The notes under the pieces are model-generated. The model saw nothing but the letters and a program-made list of their open reading frames with translations, had not been told where the DNA came from and did not search any database. A program made the position numbers and the translations under genes. From the IMG/VR virus record IMGVR_UViG_3300027785_000123, positions 1 through 25,835 of that record: DNA of 25,835 nucleotides. One strand, given 5' to 3'. Below are positions 24,669-25,835 of the stretch, in pieces. How positions within the stretch are numbered: the stretch's first letter is position 1; each line of letters begins with the position of its first letter. This stretch comes from a virus. Lineage: Duplodnaviria; Caudoviricetes.

Positions 24669-25129
24669 GAGAGGTCATCTTGGCGCTGGACCTTGGGACT
24701 ACCAGCGGCTGGGCAGCATCCAGCGATGGCATGATCTCTCATGGCTACATCACTTTTAAGCCAGGGCGCTACGAGGGTGGAGGCATGCGTTACCTGCGCT
24801 TCAAGAACTGGCTGACCCAGATCAAGTCGCAGCTGGGCCAGGTGGATGCCGTCTACTTTGAAGAGGTGCGCCGCCATGCTGGCACTGATGCCGCGCATGT
24901 GTACGGTGGCTTCCTGGCCGTGCTGACTGCGTGGTGCGAGCATCACCGCATCGCGTATCAGGGCGTTCCGGTTGGGACGATTAAGAAGCATGCGACCGGC
25001 AAGGGAAACGCTGGCAAGGATGAGATGATCGTCGCGGTTAAAGCCAAGGGACATCCCGTTGAGAACGACAACGAAGCGGATGCTATCGCCATCTTGCACT
25101 GGGCGCTCGACACCCAGCTACAACCATGA
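24665..25129 (+). CDS. RuvC-like Holliday junction resolvase
   Basis: Start ATG 24665 (ATGA overlap); ILALDLGTTSGWA, VYFEEV, IKKHATGKGNAGKDEM and DNEADAIAI carry the RuvC catalytic D/E/D/D pattern. Confidence 0.88.
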   Translation: MREVILALDLGTTSGWAASSDGMISHGYITFKPGRYEGGGMRYLRFKNWLTQIKSQLGQVDAVYFEEVRRHAGTDAAHVYGGFLAVLTAWCEHHRIAYQGVPVGTIKKHATGKGNAGKDEMIVAVKAKGHPVENDNEADAIAILHWALDTQLQP

Positions 25130-25416
25130 TCTGTGACAACTCGGTGCGCTGCCAAGGCAGGCCAACCTCCAGCGTCACCCTGGTGGACGGGCGGCAGGTC
25201 TGCAATGAGTGTCCCGACTGGATGACAGAGTGCGAGGCGCGGCTGGTGCTGGCAACCTACCCTGATGAGCCAGTCTGGAAGGGCAAGACCAAGATCAAGC
25301 CATCCAAGGCTGACTACCTGGCCGGGGTCAAGGCCGCGCGTGGCATGGTTGGCTACAACGCACTGCGCGGTGCGATGGTGGCGGTGCATCGCAAGGCCAA
25401 AGCGCAGGGTGTCTGA
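25126..25416 (+). CDS. Hypothetical protein, Cys-rich N-terminus
   Basis: ATGA-coupled, 96 aa; VTLVDGRQVCNECPDW..ECEAR...YLAGVKAARG. Confidence 0.7.
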   Translation: MICDNSVRCQGRPTSSVTLVDGRQVCNECPDWMTECEARLVLATYPDEPVWKGKTKIKPSKADYLAGVKAARGMVGYNALRGAMVAVHRKAKAQGV

Positions 25417-25453
25417 TTCTCTGGCGGCTGAGAAGTGCCTGCCTTTTCCCCAA

Positions 25454-25476
25454 TGTGTCAAAGTAAATTTGACACA
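25454..25476. repeat. Perfect 9-bp inverted repeat
   Basis: TGTGTCAAA-GTAAA-TTTGACACA. Confidence 0.85.
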
Positions 25477-25634
25477 GAATCCTGGCAAGCTGGTTGATTT
25501 TAAAATTGGAACTCAGCCCAGAAAATTTCTGGCCGCCCCCGATATGCCCCGCCCGGGAGTTTTTCCGTGCCATGTTGCAGCGCGGAAACTACAGCAGATT
25601 GCAGCAGACTCAACAATAAATTGTAGATTCTACA

Positions 25635-25820
25635 GGCCGCATCCGGCCACCACCCGGACAGCGGCCACCACCCGGACAGCGCAGCAGCAGCAGGCCAGTA
25701 GCAGGCCACCACCAGCGGCCACGCATGCACGGCCACGGCCACCACGCCAGCGCCAGCAGGCCACCAGTAAGGCCACGCCAGCGCCACTATCTGCGCCACT
25801 GCCAGCAGGCCGCAGGCCAC
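25635..25820. repeat. T-poor region of degenerate GGCCAC repeats
   Basis: 18-nt tandem duplication CGGCCACCACCCGGACAG (25644-25679); 14-nt direct repeat CCACGCCAGCGCCA (25742, 25773); nine exact GGCCAC copies; about 8 T in 186 nt by manual count. Confidence 0.85.
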
Positions 25821-25835
25821 CCTATAACAGCAGGC

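Noticed and set aside
25486-25500. IHF site (AATCAA-CCAGC-TTG on the minus strand)
   Set aside because: Spacing is one base off the WATCAA-N4-TTR consensus.
25500-25820. 106-aa minus-strand W/A/V-rich ORF, and a CRISPR interpretation of the repeats
   Set aside because: The ORF results from the T-poor repeat composition and has no convincing RBS; the repeats are short and irregular with no unique spacers or cas genes.

Overview
The window is part of a tailed dsDNA phage genome (roughly 55% GC by eye) with a podovirus-type virion of T7/BPP-1-like gene order. The + strand (1-18627) carries the 3' end of the portal gene, a Bbp19-like gene, scaffold, major capsid, a putative decoration protein, an inserted Rossmann-like (glycosyltransferase/MAF-like) gene, tail tubular proteins A and B, four internal-virion genes, a T7-gp17-type tail fibre, a large LamG/SPRY-type lectin-like protein, a putative fibre chaperone, four membrane-protein genes and a GH108 endolysin. 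A convergent - strand operon (18614-23720) starts with a small serine recombinase and includes a YqaJ exonuclease/RecT pair, HTH proteins, a lipoprotein and small ORFs. Divergent from it (+, 23896-25416) are an RHH regulator, a short C5-methyltransferase-like gene, a RuvC-like resolvase and a hypothetical gene, followed by a non-coding, palindrome- and repeat-rich end. I see no RNA polymerase, DNA polymerase, primase/helicase, terminase, CI-like repressor, tyrosine integrase, tRNA or CRISPR array in the window. The best leads are two candidate structured RNAs (the capsid leader with a doubled internal-loop motif; a loop-E-containing element at 20009-20090), the GT-like gene in the head module, and a serine recombinase/RHH divergent switch with a candidate crossover palindrome at the late/early junction. 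All protein calls come from motif recognition and synteny; no database searches were run.
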